From positions 1 to 64,000 of the IMG/VR virus record IMGVR_UViG_3300044620_000614: 64,000 nucleotides of DNA, one strand, 5' to 3'. Positions 45,863 to 54,334 of the stretch are shown here, one piece after another; position 1 is the first letter of the stretch; the number at the start of each line of letters is the position of its first letter. The DNA comes from a virus. Under the pieces are notes generated by a model. That model was not told where the DNA came from. It saw nothing but the letters and a program-made list of their open reading frames with translations, and did not search any database. The position numbers and the translations under genes were made by a program.

Positions 45863-46342
45863 ATGGATTTTCATAAATTACGCCAAATTATAAAAGAAGC
45901 CTCTTGGAAAGATACACCAGCAGGCAAAAAACTTGCTAAAGCAAAAGCAGATTATGCAAAGCATGTCTCCGATAACTTGGGTGAAGTACCCCCTCAAATG
46001 GGTTCAGTTAATGCTAGAAGAAACCCCAAAACAGGCAAAGTTGAGTGGGTAAAAGAAAGCAAAGAAAGCATGCCTTGCAACAAACCAACTCGCTCTACCA
46101 GTGCTGGTAAGAAGATGATGGTAAAGGCTTGTGAAGGTGGTCAAGAAAAGATAGTCCACTTTGGAGCAAAGGGATATGGACACAACTATAGTCCCGCTGC
46201 TCGTAAGTCTTTCCGTGCTAGACATAAGTGCGGTGAAACGAAATCAAAATTAGGAGCACAATACTGGGCTTGCCGTAAACTATGGGCAGGACCAAAAGGA
46301 TCAAAGAAATCATGCCCACCAGGCAGAAAGTGTAAGTATTGA
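45863..46342 (+). CDS. Conserved basic late protein (DUF6321-like)
   Basis: KIVHFG...ARKSFRARHKC...YWACR. Confidence 0.7.
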   Translation: MDFHKLRQIIKEASWKDTPAGKKLAKAKADYAKHVSDNLGEVPPQMGSVNARRNPKTGKVEWVKESKESMPCNKPTRSTSAGKKMMVKACEGGQEKIVHFGAKGYGHNYSPAARKSFRARHKCGETKSKLGAQYWACRKLWAGPKGSKKSCPPGRKCKY

Positions 46343-46343
46343 T

Positions 46344-46913
46344 ATGAAATTCAAACAACTCAGAAGATTGATCGAACAATATGACCTATTCCACACCATC
46401 AATGAAGGTGGTAAAGGAATGATGGTTCCCGGCTTGAACAGCAATCAAGCATCTGACGGTAGCGTTGGATTGCATGAACTGGATAAGCCAGAAATGATTG
46501 AGCGCATCAATGCGTTCATCGCTGCATTCCTGTCCAATGTCCCACAAGCAGGAACATTAGATCCACGCGGCTTATTGGTTCAACTTCGTGTAGAATTGAA
46601 TAAGATTGGTTTGGACTTCAAGTATGATGGTAAACACTATCCACAAGAACACATGGAATTCTCTTTGACCCAATTTGGTGGACGCAAGGGAATCGATAAC
46701 AACGCTAAGAAACTTGAAGATGATGGCATTGAACATCGTCTTGGTCACAAGTTAAAACTTGTAATGGATATGAATCACCCACCAGAGATGGGATTCCATA
46801 AAATTGAAGCAAAGGTTGTTTCTGGAGAAGGTGCGGGAGAACCATCACACGATGGTGGTTCCGAAGCAGCATCAACCTATAAACAGGTCAAGGAACAAGT
46901 AAAAAAAAACTGA
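46344..46913 (+). CDS. Late protein, probably extended to 47047 by a -1 frameshift
   Basis: Ends GTA AAA AAA AAC TGA; the -1 frame continues LNEEKDACYYKV... Confidence 0.7.
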   Translation: MKFKQLRRLIEQYDLFHTINEGGKGMMVPGLNSNQASDGSVGLHELDKPEMIERINAFIAAFLSNVPQAGTLDPRGLLVQLRVELNKIGLDFKYDGKHYPQEHMEFSLTQFGGRKGIDNNAKKLEDDGIEHRLGHKLKLVMDMNHPPEMGFHKIEAKVVSGEGAGEPSHDGGSEAASTYKQVKEQVKKN

Positions 46914-47049
46914 ATGAAGAGAAAGACGCCTGTTACTATAAGGTAAGAGCAAGATATGATGTTTGGCCGTCAGCATATGCTTCAGGTGCATTGGCAAAAT
47001 GCAGGAAAGTAGGTGCAGACAATTGGGGAAACAAGAGTAAGGATTAATA

Positions 47050-47445
47050 ATGGAACTTTTGGTTATGGATGTTTATAAAATAAATGATGATAACTTTTTG
47101 ATGTTTGCAATGAAACACTACGATAATCCGCAGTGTAAAAACATTGAAGAATTTCACGAAGATATGAATAGAATTAAATACCTGAAGAGATTGTTTAGAA
47201 AATATAAAACATCAGGTATATTACGAGAGAGATTGATACTAAACCATTTGATTATATTCACAAATGTATTTGGGATAGAAGCGGCAAGTAGATTACTTTT
47301 TTCTAGAATAGAAGAAGATCTTCACACATATCTTAAAACTTTTCTTGTATTTCTTAACAGCATGCCAGAAAACATCCCAGAAGTAGACTTAGTAATGATT
47401 CCTTTAGATAGAAGAATAATAACGAGACTCAGAGAAATTAAATGA
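47050..47445 (+). CDS. Conserved T4-like phage protein
   Basis: FAMKHYDNPQC..EEF.ED..RIKYLKRL...RLILNH motif. Confidence 0.8.
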   Translation: MELLVMDVYKINDDNFLMFAMKHYDNPQCKNIEEFHEDMNRIKYLKRLFRKYKTSGILRERLILNHLIIFTNVFGIEAASRLLFSRIEEDLHTYLKTFLVFLNSMPENIPEVDLVMIPLDRRIITRLREIK

Positions 47446-48272
47446 ATAAACAACCCGTATATCTTCTAGAAGATCTCCGTAGGTGGTTCAAGGAAAAATG
47501 GACCGCTCAGGATGGTTCTCCGTGTGGAGCATATGAGGGAAAAGGAAGAGTCAAATGTCGCCCATCCAAGAGAGTATCAGGTAAGACTACAAAGACCTGG
47601 GGCGAAATGGATAAAAAAGAAAAAAGAAGTGCCATACGATTGAAGCAAAAGGCTCATCGTAGGGGACACCAATTTAGTAGCCACAAAACTGGCGAAACTT
47701 GGAAAGGTGATAAGTATCAACCCGAAAAAGTTAAGTCTACTGTGAAAGAGTCTGCTCAAATTAAACCAAACAAAGCAGAAATGAAACAAATAATGTCATA
47801 TCTAAAAGGATCTATCAATAATCCTAATAGATTTTATTATCTTTTGCTCTTATCTGGTATGAATGGTTCTAAGGCAAATAGTTTATTGTTTGATTTAAAG
47901 AATCCAAATCTAAGAACATCTAGTCCGATATTTAGAAAAAGATTGTTAAAACTGCTAAAGTCTATAATTGACGCCATTACAAAAGATCAACTGCTCTACA
48001 ATAGAGTTCGTTCAATGGCACTAAGTGGTAATCTTTCTCTGCATGAGCAAGAGGGTGCTGCCACTGGTGGCGGAGATGCTGGTGGGGAAAGCGGTGGAAT
48101 GGGTGGAATGAGTGTCGGTGGTGGATATATTGAAGGAATGCCAGACGCTACACCACCAGAACAAACTTCTGGTCCTGCTTGGGGTTCTTCACCACCACCA
48201 AATAAGAAAAATAGAAAGCGTTTAGTGAAACAGTATCGTGACTTTGCCAATTTACACAGGAGACAACCATGA
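47442..48272 (+). CDS. Late multidomain protein (DUF5872-like N-terminus)
   Basis: EDLRRWFKEKW...CG...KCRP; VKES/LHEQ junctions. Confidence 0.65.
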   Translation: MNKQPVYLLEDLRRWFKEKWTAQDGSPCGAYEGKGRVKCRPSKRVSGKTTKTWGEMDKKEKRSAIRLKQKAHRRGHQFSSHKTGETWKGDKYQPEKVKSTVKESAQIKPNKAEMKQIMSYLKGSINNPNRFYYLLLLSGMNGSKANSLLFDLKNPNLRTSSPIFRKRLLKLLKSIIDAITKDQLLYNRVRSMALSGNLSLHEQEGAATGGGDAGGESGGMGGMSVGGGYIEGMPDATPPEQTSGPAWGSSPPPNKKNRKRLVKQYRDFANLHRRQP

Positions 48273-48709
48273 TCCCTACAGAATTAATAAGTATGATTGG
48301 AGGAGGAGCAACAGGATTCCTCTTCAAATTTATGGCACAAAAGAGTGCCGATCAAAAGCAGATGTTTGAGCAATTGATTAAGGCAAATCAACAAACAACT
48401 GAGAACCAAGACAAAGCAGTACAAAGAGTATCAATTGATGCGGGACGAGTTGTTCGTCAAATCATCGTATTGACTGTTCTCTTTGGTGCCTTCGCTGCTC
48501 CATTCATTCTTCCATTCTTTGGCGTTCCAACCTTCATTGAAGTTGATGTCAAGAACCCAGAGGGATTGTTTGGTTTAATCCCAGAAACTTCCAGAAAGGT
48601 ATTCGTTGAAGTCAACGGATTCTTCTGGTCATCTGAAAATAGACAAATTCTTCTAAGCATCGTTGGTTTCTACTTCGGAACCGCTGCTGCAACACCAAGT
48701 AGATCATAA
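48269..48709 (+). CDS. Membrane protein, holin-like
   Basis: Hydrophobic segments and IVGFYFG terminal motif. Confidence 0.55.
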   Translation: MIPTELISMIGGGATGFLFKFMAQKSADQKQMFEQLIKANQQTTENQDKAVQRVSIDAGRVVRQIIVLTVLFGAFAAPFILPFFGVPTFIEVDVKNPEGLFGLIPETSRKVFVEVNGFFWSSENRQILLSIVGFYFGTAAATPSRS

Positions 48710-48719
48710 GGAGTAACAC

Positions 48720-49007
48720 ATGAAATATATTACAATACTATTCTCCGCTTTGGTGCTTGCTGCTTGTGATACCATGCCAGTAATTGTACCGGACAACACA
48801 AGCGATAATGTGGTAATGATGCAATTGAAGGATTCGATTTCACAACCAGGTCCAACCCCACCTTCATTTGGTTGGGTTATTTGGTACTTCCCAGTAGCAG
48901 TAATCTCTATGATGGCTGCTTGGAGATACCTGATAAAGAAACCAGTGGTATGTGAAGAGGATAAAGATGGTGATGGTTTCGTTGATCCGCAAAAACCAAA
49001 ACAATAA
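48720..49007 (+). CDS. Lipoprotein with a C-terminal TM segment (possible spanin)
   Basis: LAAC lipobox, Pro-rich linker, TM helix. Confidence 0.55.
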   Translation: MKYITILFSALVLAACDTMPVIVPDNTSDNVVMMQLKDSISQPGPTPPSFGWVIWYFPVAVISMMAAWRYLIKKPVVCEEDKDGDGFVDPQKPKQ

Positions 49008-49063
49008 TAAATAAGTAAACTGCGAATTCTTGGTTATGTTAAATCTTTTTGGGGGAGATTTTC

Positions 49064-49771
49064 ATGACGAAAAAAGTAGAATCGCATGGCACATGCGAAG
49101 TATGTGCCAAAGCATGTGAAGATGCTAAAGATAATGTAAAGAAACTTCAAAAGAAGTTGCAAACGATGACTATTGTTACTTGCGTATCCATCACGCTCGG
49201 TGGAGAACAAGTAGCAAAGTCTATCGTTTCTTACATTACTTCATTTAATGAAGCAACAAAAGCGGCTGAGGGTAAAACACCAACAGTCAATAAGGACGAC
49301 AAGAAGGAGGATGGAGATGGCAAAATAGCCATCTCCCCCTTTCGCGGTCCAGCATATAAATTTGGCTTAAAAACAAATATCAAAGAAGATATCAAATATA
49401 AACCAGAAGACGAATTGGCGCGATTTGCTAAAAAACCAATACAACAAAAACCAATACCAGAAGAAGCAGTGGCTATAGTGCCCCCTTCAGCCGAATCTGT
49501 TGCTATAGCGAAAGCCCTGTCAAATGACACACAGTTAGGAATAATGGGTGGAATCGCACAAACAGACTGGCGAACCGTCCTATTGACGCCTAGCACCCTT
49601 CCTTTCGATGTATACAGCACCACCGTTGGGTTGGGTTACAACTATGGATTTGGTGAGTACTATGGACTGGGTGAAGCCAATGGGTACTCTGCTGGCCCAT
49701 CCGTACCTTCCCCCTCATCATTATCAGTATTTGCAATTGCACAATTATTCAATACAAGAAAGAGAATATAA
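49064..49771 (+). CDS. Protein with a PEP-CTERM-like tail
   Basis: C-terminal VPSPSSLSVFAIAQLFNTRKR. Confidence 0.6.
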   Translation: MTKKVESHGTCEVCAKACEDAKDNVKKLQKKLQTMTIVTCVSITLGGEQVAKSIVSYITSFNEATKAAEGKTPTVNKDDKKEDGDGKIAISPFRGPAYKFGLKTNIKEDIKYKPEDELARFAKKPIQQKPIPEEAVAIVPPSAESVAIAKALSNDTQLGIMGGIAQTDWRTVLLTPSTLPFDVYSTTVGLGYNYGFGEYYGLGEANGYSAGPSVPSPSSLSVFAIAQLFNTRKRI

Positions 49772-49774
49772 CAC

Positions 49775-50410
49775 ATGAATCGACTACTATTGGCTTCTAT
49801 CGCATCATTTACAATTTCAGCATCGGCAAGTGCTGGACTTGTTGACGGCAGTTTTGAATCTGCCGACCCGTGGGGATACTCATTCTTTAATGGAGGATAT
49901 GATACTCCGTGGCTAACCACAGCCCCAGATAATCTTATCGAAATCTGGAACGGTCCAAACATGGGCGTATCTGCATATCATGGAATCAACTTTGCAGAAC
50001 TTAATGCAAACTACTCTTCCGCTCTGTATCAGGATGTAAATGGATTGGGTGATTCTCAACCAATCAACTGGCACTTTGCCCACCGTGGACGCGATGGAGT
50101 AGACACCATGCGTCTTACCATTACAGACTTGGGCGCAGATCAAGCATGGGGTGGTGGTGACGATACTACCCTACACACCGCTCTATACTCAGATGGAAAT
50201 GCCGCATGGGGTGTATATTATGGAACCATCACTTCTATTGGAAATCTAACTCGATTTTCATTCGAAGCAATTAGTGCAGTTGGTGGTAATACACAAGGTA
50301 ATTTTATCGACTGGTGTGATTTTGGACCAGGAGTTGTAATTCCTACACCCGGATCACTGGCTCTGCTTGCAATCGGTTGTATTATTACATCAAGACGCAG
50401 ATTCGTTTAA
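49775..50410 (+). CDS. Secreted PEP-CTERM protein (beta-sandwich/CBM-like)
   Basis: Signal peptide ASA-G, DGSFE, AELNAN; C-terminal IPTPGSLALLAIG...SRRR. Confidence 0.85.
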   Translation: MNRLLLASIASFTISASASAGLVDGSFESADPWGYSFFNGGYDTPWLTTAPDNLIEIWNGPNMGVSAYHGINFAELNANYSSALYQDVNGLGDSQPINWHFAHRGRDGVDTMRLTITDLGADQAWGGGDDTTLHTALYSDGNAAWGVYYGTITSIGNLTRFSFEAISAVGGNTQGNFIDWCDFGPGVVIPTPGSLALLAIGCIITSRRRFV

Positions 50411-50950
50411 TTTAGAATACAAGTACTTACAGATATAGTACGAATCAACAATATCTGACACCGGACTAGTAATATCCTTCTTGTCCGGTGTTATTATTGA
50501 TTTCAATAGCATATTGTTTTCAATAACAAATGCATCATACATTTTTTCTTTATCCGCATTACCTTTGCCAGTTGCATACTTCTTCACCTCTGTTGGTGGC
50601 ATAATGCTTAATGGTATCCCTTTTTGATAAATCTTGTACTTAAGAACACCAGTATTTTCAGCAATGTGGAAAACTTTACCTTTGGCACCATAAGCATATC
50701 CTTCCAATGCAATAGCAGAACAACCCAGAAGAACTTCCATTGCCCAATCTGCGATTGTTTCATATCTTTCGATATCACAATCCCAATCAAGGAATGTTTC
50801 TCCTATGATGTTACTGAGATAACTGTTAGCGTACTTTTTGGTGTCTGTAAGGTAGTAAAACGAACACTTGTTGAACGCGAAGGTTCCCGTTCCATTGAAC
50901 ACACAAATTGCGGGCCCAGTTAAGGAATAATCTATACCAGCGATTACCAT
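50390..50950 (-). CDS. RuvC-like Holliday junction resolvase
   Basis: IAGIDYS, LEGYAY, VKKYATGKGNADK, DIVDS. Confidence 0.85.
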   Translation of the reverse strand: MVIAGIDYSLTGPAICVFNGTGTFAFNKCSFYYLTDTKKYANSYLSNIIGETFLDWDCDIERYETIADWAMEVLLGCSAIALEGYAYGAKGKVFHIAENTGVLKYKIYQKGIPLSIMPPTEVKKYATGKGNADKEKMYDAFVIENNMLLKSIITPDKKDITSPVSDIVDSYYICKYLYSKLNESAS

Positions 50951-50977
50951 ACATCATATGTATTCTGCTTGTAGACA

Positions 50978-51060
50978 CTTATCCCCACACAATCTGTTGT
51001 CTTAATCTTTCTATTGATTTAAGACGATCCGCTTCGGGATTCGATCATGTGGGGACACAA
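50978..51060 (-). ncRNA. Candidate three-way-junction RNA
   Basis: TGTCCCCACATGATC/GATTGTGTGGGGATA closing stem with two inner hairpins, after CATAAATA. Confidence 0.5.
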
Positions 51061-51115
51061 TTATTTATGCCACTTTATTAAATAAAAATCCCGATTTTTT
51101 AGATCGGGATTTCAT

Positions 51116-51406
51116 TCACTTCTTGTTTTTCATATATGTGTTGATTTTGTCTTCCAAACTCCGAACCCTCTGATATAGAGCGGAAATACTATCATTAGAA
51201 TTTTTACTTGATTCATCCATATTTCTTTGTAATGCTTCCGCTTCTCTTTGCATTTGATTATAAACATCAGTAAATCTCTGGTGTTCTTCTGCTGCTTCTT
51301 TTTGTCTGCGGAGCTTTTTGTTTTCACTTTCCGCTATAAAAAACAAAACAGTCATGAAACCAAAACTACCCAATAGTAACCAAACATAAAACATTGCATT
51401 ACTCAT
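51116..51406 (-). CDS. Membrane-anchored coiled-coil protein
   Basis: N-terminal TM segment; hairpin terminator at about 51086-51112. Confidence 0.65.
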   Translation of the reverse strand: MSNAMFYVWLLLGSFGFMTVLFFIAESENKKLRRQKEAAEEHQRFTDVYNQMQREAEALQRNMDESSKNSNDSISALYQRVRSLEDKINTYMKNKK

Positions 51407-51407
51407 A

Positions 51408-52346
51408 TCAAGTCTCCTTAAAAAGTGTTTTCATTCGCTTTGCAACCCATTCCGCCACGTTGACGGTTACTGCGTTGCCCATTTGATTGTATCTTGCACG
51501 ATCTGACAAACCATCTGTCCAACCATCAGGGAATCCTTGTAATCTTTCCCATTCTAATGGTGTCAAATATCTAACCGTATTCTTATTTTCCATCACCAAT
51601 ACACTAGATCGTTGTCCAACATCAAACAGATTTAATGTATTGGAATACTCAGTCTGTACCCATGTTTCAAAATCTTTATTGCTTTGTGCTTTTCTAGACT
51701 TTCTTATGGCTTCTGGGTACTGCTCAACATATTCGTCAAACAGTGGGCTAAAGGTGGATACAGGGTTTTTCCCATTCGTTGCCCTCGCTCTAGTATCCCC
51801 TCGCATGTCGGTATTGAGATCCAGTACTTCTGAGGCGCGTTCTCCTCTAAGATCTGCAACAACGAACACTCGTTCTCTTCTTTGGGGAATACCGAAGTAT
51901 CTACTGTCCAATGTTCTCCACGCGATAGATTTAGGACTCCACTGCTTGACCATTTCATTGAGAACGATTCCGAAATCTCTTCCGTTACTGCTTGTGAGCA
52001 TTCCGGGGACATTTTCGACCACCACGAAGGATGGTCTGGTTGGCATGTCTCTGACGATTCGAATAAACTCATAAAATAATCCTGAGCGTTCTCCCGCTAA
52101 TCCTTTTCTCTGTCCACCCGTAGATAGATCCTGACAAGGGAACCCACCGATTACGACATCGACTGGACTGGCCTTGAGAGGATCTATCGTTCGGACATCT
52201 TCGTATATTGTAGCGTTTGGGAAATGCTTTGCAAGTATTTTCCTGCAACTTCTTTCCTTATCGCATGCCCAGGAAATGGAGAATCCTTGACGCTCGAATC
52301 CGAGATCAAGGCCTCCAACTCCTGAGAATAGCGATCCTACCTTCAT
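51408..52346 (-). CDS. dcm: DNA (cytosine-5) methyltransferase, alpha chain
   Basis: FSGVGG, GGFPCQ, ENV, QRRERVF, LQGFPD, GNAV. Confidence 0.95.
   Translation of the reverse strand: MKVGSLFSGVGGLDLGFERQGFSISWACDKERSCRKILAKHFPNATIYEDVRTIDPLKASPVDVVIGGFPCQDLSTGGQRKGLAGERSGLFYEFIRIVRDMPTRPSFVVVENVPGMLTSSNGRDFGIVLNEMVKQWSPKSIAWRTLDSRYFGIPQRRERVFVVADLRGERASEVLDLNTDMRGDTRARATNGKNPVSTFSPLFDEYVEQYPEAIRKSRKAQSNKDFETWVQTEYSNTLNLFDVGQRSSVLVMENKNTVRYLTPLEWERLQGFPDGWTDGLSDRARYNQMGNAVTVNVAEWVAKRMKTLFKET
51704..52072 (-). CDS. Nested alternative-frame beta subunit of the C5-MTase
   Basis: SLLQILE..APQKYWIS...CEGILERG...GK.L.P.L, resembling the M.EcoHK31I beta polypeptide. Confidence 0.7.
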   Translation of the reverse strand: MSLFESSETCQPDHPSWWSKMSPECSQAVTEEISESFSMKWSSSGVLNLSRGEHWTVDTSVFPKEENECSLLQILEENAPQKYWISIPTCEGILERGQRMGKTLYPPLAHCLTNMLSSTQKP

Positions 52347-54253
52347 TTAGTCAAGTCTACGATTTCACACTTATCGCCACTGCAAGCGTAGGTTTGTGTA
52401 CCAGCAGTGTTGTCTTCCTTCTCATACTTCTTGAGTTGACTCCAATCAACACTCTTTGGCATCTTTGCAAGCATTTCTTCATATTGCTCCTTTGTGCAAT
52501 CTTGATATGGTGCTTGACGGTAACTGTGATCAGAATGTGGCAAGAAGGAAATACCACTAATCTCATCAAAGTGCTTGTAAACCCATGCTCCAACTTCCAC
52601 CCATTCATGTTCCTTCACGGTGATGGTAACTGATGGCTTATGCTCACACCAGTTGCGTTGATACACCAACCAAAGTTCTAGTTGCTCAATGGCGGTCATA
52701 TCATTTCGGGTGATAGAACCTTCTGCTTTCATTGGGAAAGAGAATACCATTGTGTGTTCTGGCTTCATAACGCATGGCTCATGTGGGAAGCCAAGATCCA
52801 CCATAAGTTTACAAATTGGATCTTTTTGGTCCGCACGAACAGTACGGATATAATATTCGGCGTGTCTGGCGTGAATACCAGATGCGGCGTCTACCAGTTG
52901 CGAGACTGTACCCGATGGTTTTACACAGGTGATGGCAGCAGCAGAATTGATTCCTAGACGCTTTGCCCATTCCTGATTGGTGCTGATCGCTTCTTGCTTC
53001 AATGTGCCTAAAAGATCACTGCTTGGATTTTGCATCATCTTGTTATCAAGAATGCCAGTCAGGGATACACCAAGAAGTGCTTCTTCTTCACAATTCTTCT
53101 TCCATTCGCTTGAGAGGTATGGGAAGTTTGTGAGAGATGCTTGCCAAGTGCCGAGAATGGCAGCCAAGCGAGTCTTGCGCTTTAGTGATTCTGTTGTATC
53201 CTCTGTACGAACAACAACCTCAGTTAAGTTGCAGAACTCACGATCACGCAGAATAATCTCACTGCATGGGTTTGTACCAAACTCAAAGTTCGGATCACGA
53301 CGCTCACCTAGACGAGCAACGGTCTTCTTTGTTGCATCACGGTTAAAGATACCACGCTCACCACTCTTACTGTTGTAGAGAGATAGCCATTCTTCCATGA
53401 ATACACCAATCTCTGGACGCTCTGTATAAACGGCAGAGTTGTTTGCCAAGGCGCGTTGTGGATTTGCTTCCCACCATGCACCTGTCTTGGCGTTTCTCAT
53501 GCGGTCGTCCGAGAGATTTGATAGGCTAATAAGAGCAGATCGACGGACTCCTCCGACCACGACAATCTCCGCAATCTTGCAGACGATATCATGGCATTCA
53601 ATTGAGGTAAGTTTGCGCCCTGCCGCTCTCTTAAAAGTATCACAGGTGAATTGGAATAGATCTTCGAGAGGCTTTGGACCTGAAGCTCTCCCTCCAAATG
53701 TCTTAAGCCGCGCACCAGCAGGTCGTACCTTAGATACGTCCCATTGTGGTATTTGACCTCCAATGAGCAAGGAGACAAGTTCCTTATAAGCCTTAGCCCA
53801 ACCAGCCTTACTGTCCTGTACAATGATAGTGGTATCTGACTGAGTGAACTCCTCAGCGATTGTTGGGAGTTTCTCGACGAATTGCTTCTCGACACTAAAA
53901 CCCACACCAGTACCGCACATAAGAATATATAAAATTTCATCAAATGCCCTCACACGGTTTACTGCCACATAAGAACAATTATAGCCGGCAGTGTTGTCCC
54001 GCAGTAACGCTTCACCTGCCGTCATCAATGATCTCATACTTGGCATAATTTCTAAATTTAAAACTGCTTGGCGCAATTCCTCGCGCTCTTCTTTTGTAAT
54101 TTTAACCTTCATTCCCTTGAGATGTTCATCAAAAAAATTAAAGTAGCGATTCACAGTTTCTTCCCAAGTTTCTCTGCGACCTTCTTCCTCAAGCCAACGA
54201 GAGTAGCGAGAAAGGTGAATAAAATCTTGGTAAAGTGTTGGTAAGTTTTTCAT
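52343..54253 (-). CDS. nrdJ: Class II (AdoCbl-dependent) ribonucleotide reductase
   Basis: PSMR, YNCS, GGVRRSA, TNPCSE, CVKPSG, EHKPS, C-terminal CxxxxC. Confidence 0.93.
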   Translation of the reverse strand: MKNLPTLYQDFIHLSRYSRWLEEEGRRETWEETVNRYFNFFDEHLKGMKVKITKEEREELRQAVLNLEIMPSMRSLMTAGEALLRDNTAGYNCSYVAVNRVRAFDEILYILMCGTGVGFSVEKQFVEKLPTIAEEFTQSDTTIIVQDSKAGWAKAYKELVSLLIGGQIPQWDVSKVRPAGARLKTFGGRASGPKPLEDLFQFTCDTFKRAAGRKLTSIECHDIVCKIAEIVVVGGVRRSALISLSNLSDDRMRNAKTGAWWEANPQRALANNSAVYTERPEIGVFMEEWLSLYNSKSGERGIFNRDATKKTVARLGERRDPNFEFGTNPCSEIILRDREFCNLTEVVVRTEDTTESLKRKTRLAAILGTWQASLTNFPYLSSEWKKNCEEEALLGVSLTGILDNKMMQNPSSDLLGTLKQEAISTNQEWAKRLGINSAAAITCVKPSGTVSQLVDAASGIHARHAEYYIRTVRADQKDPICKLMVDLGFPHEPCVMKPEHTMVFSFPMKAEGSITRNDMTAIEQLELWLVYQRNWCEHKPSVTITVKEHEWVEVGAWVYKHFDEISGISFLPHSDHSYRQAPYQDCTKEQYEEMLAKMPKSVDWSQLKKYEKEDNTAGTQTYACSGDKCEIVDLTK

Positions 54254-54277
54254 ATATTTACATCTCCTATGGGTAAT

Positions 54278-54305
54278 ATTATAGTACGAGACACTAACTT
54301 GTCAA
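54278..54305 (-). promoter_or_regulatory. Sigma70 promoter for nrdJ-dcm
   Basis: TTGACA-16-TATAAT. Confidence 0.75.
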
Positions 54306-54334
54306 TTCTTTTGGTACGATATTTAGTGTTTAAA

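Noticed and set aside
52343-54253. Intein or intron in nrdJ, helicase or uvsX
   Set aside because: Lengths and motifs are contiguous, with no insertion evident
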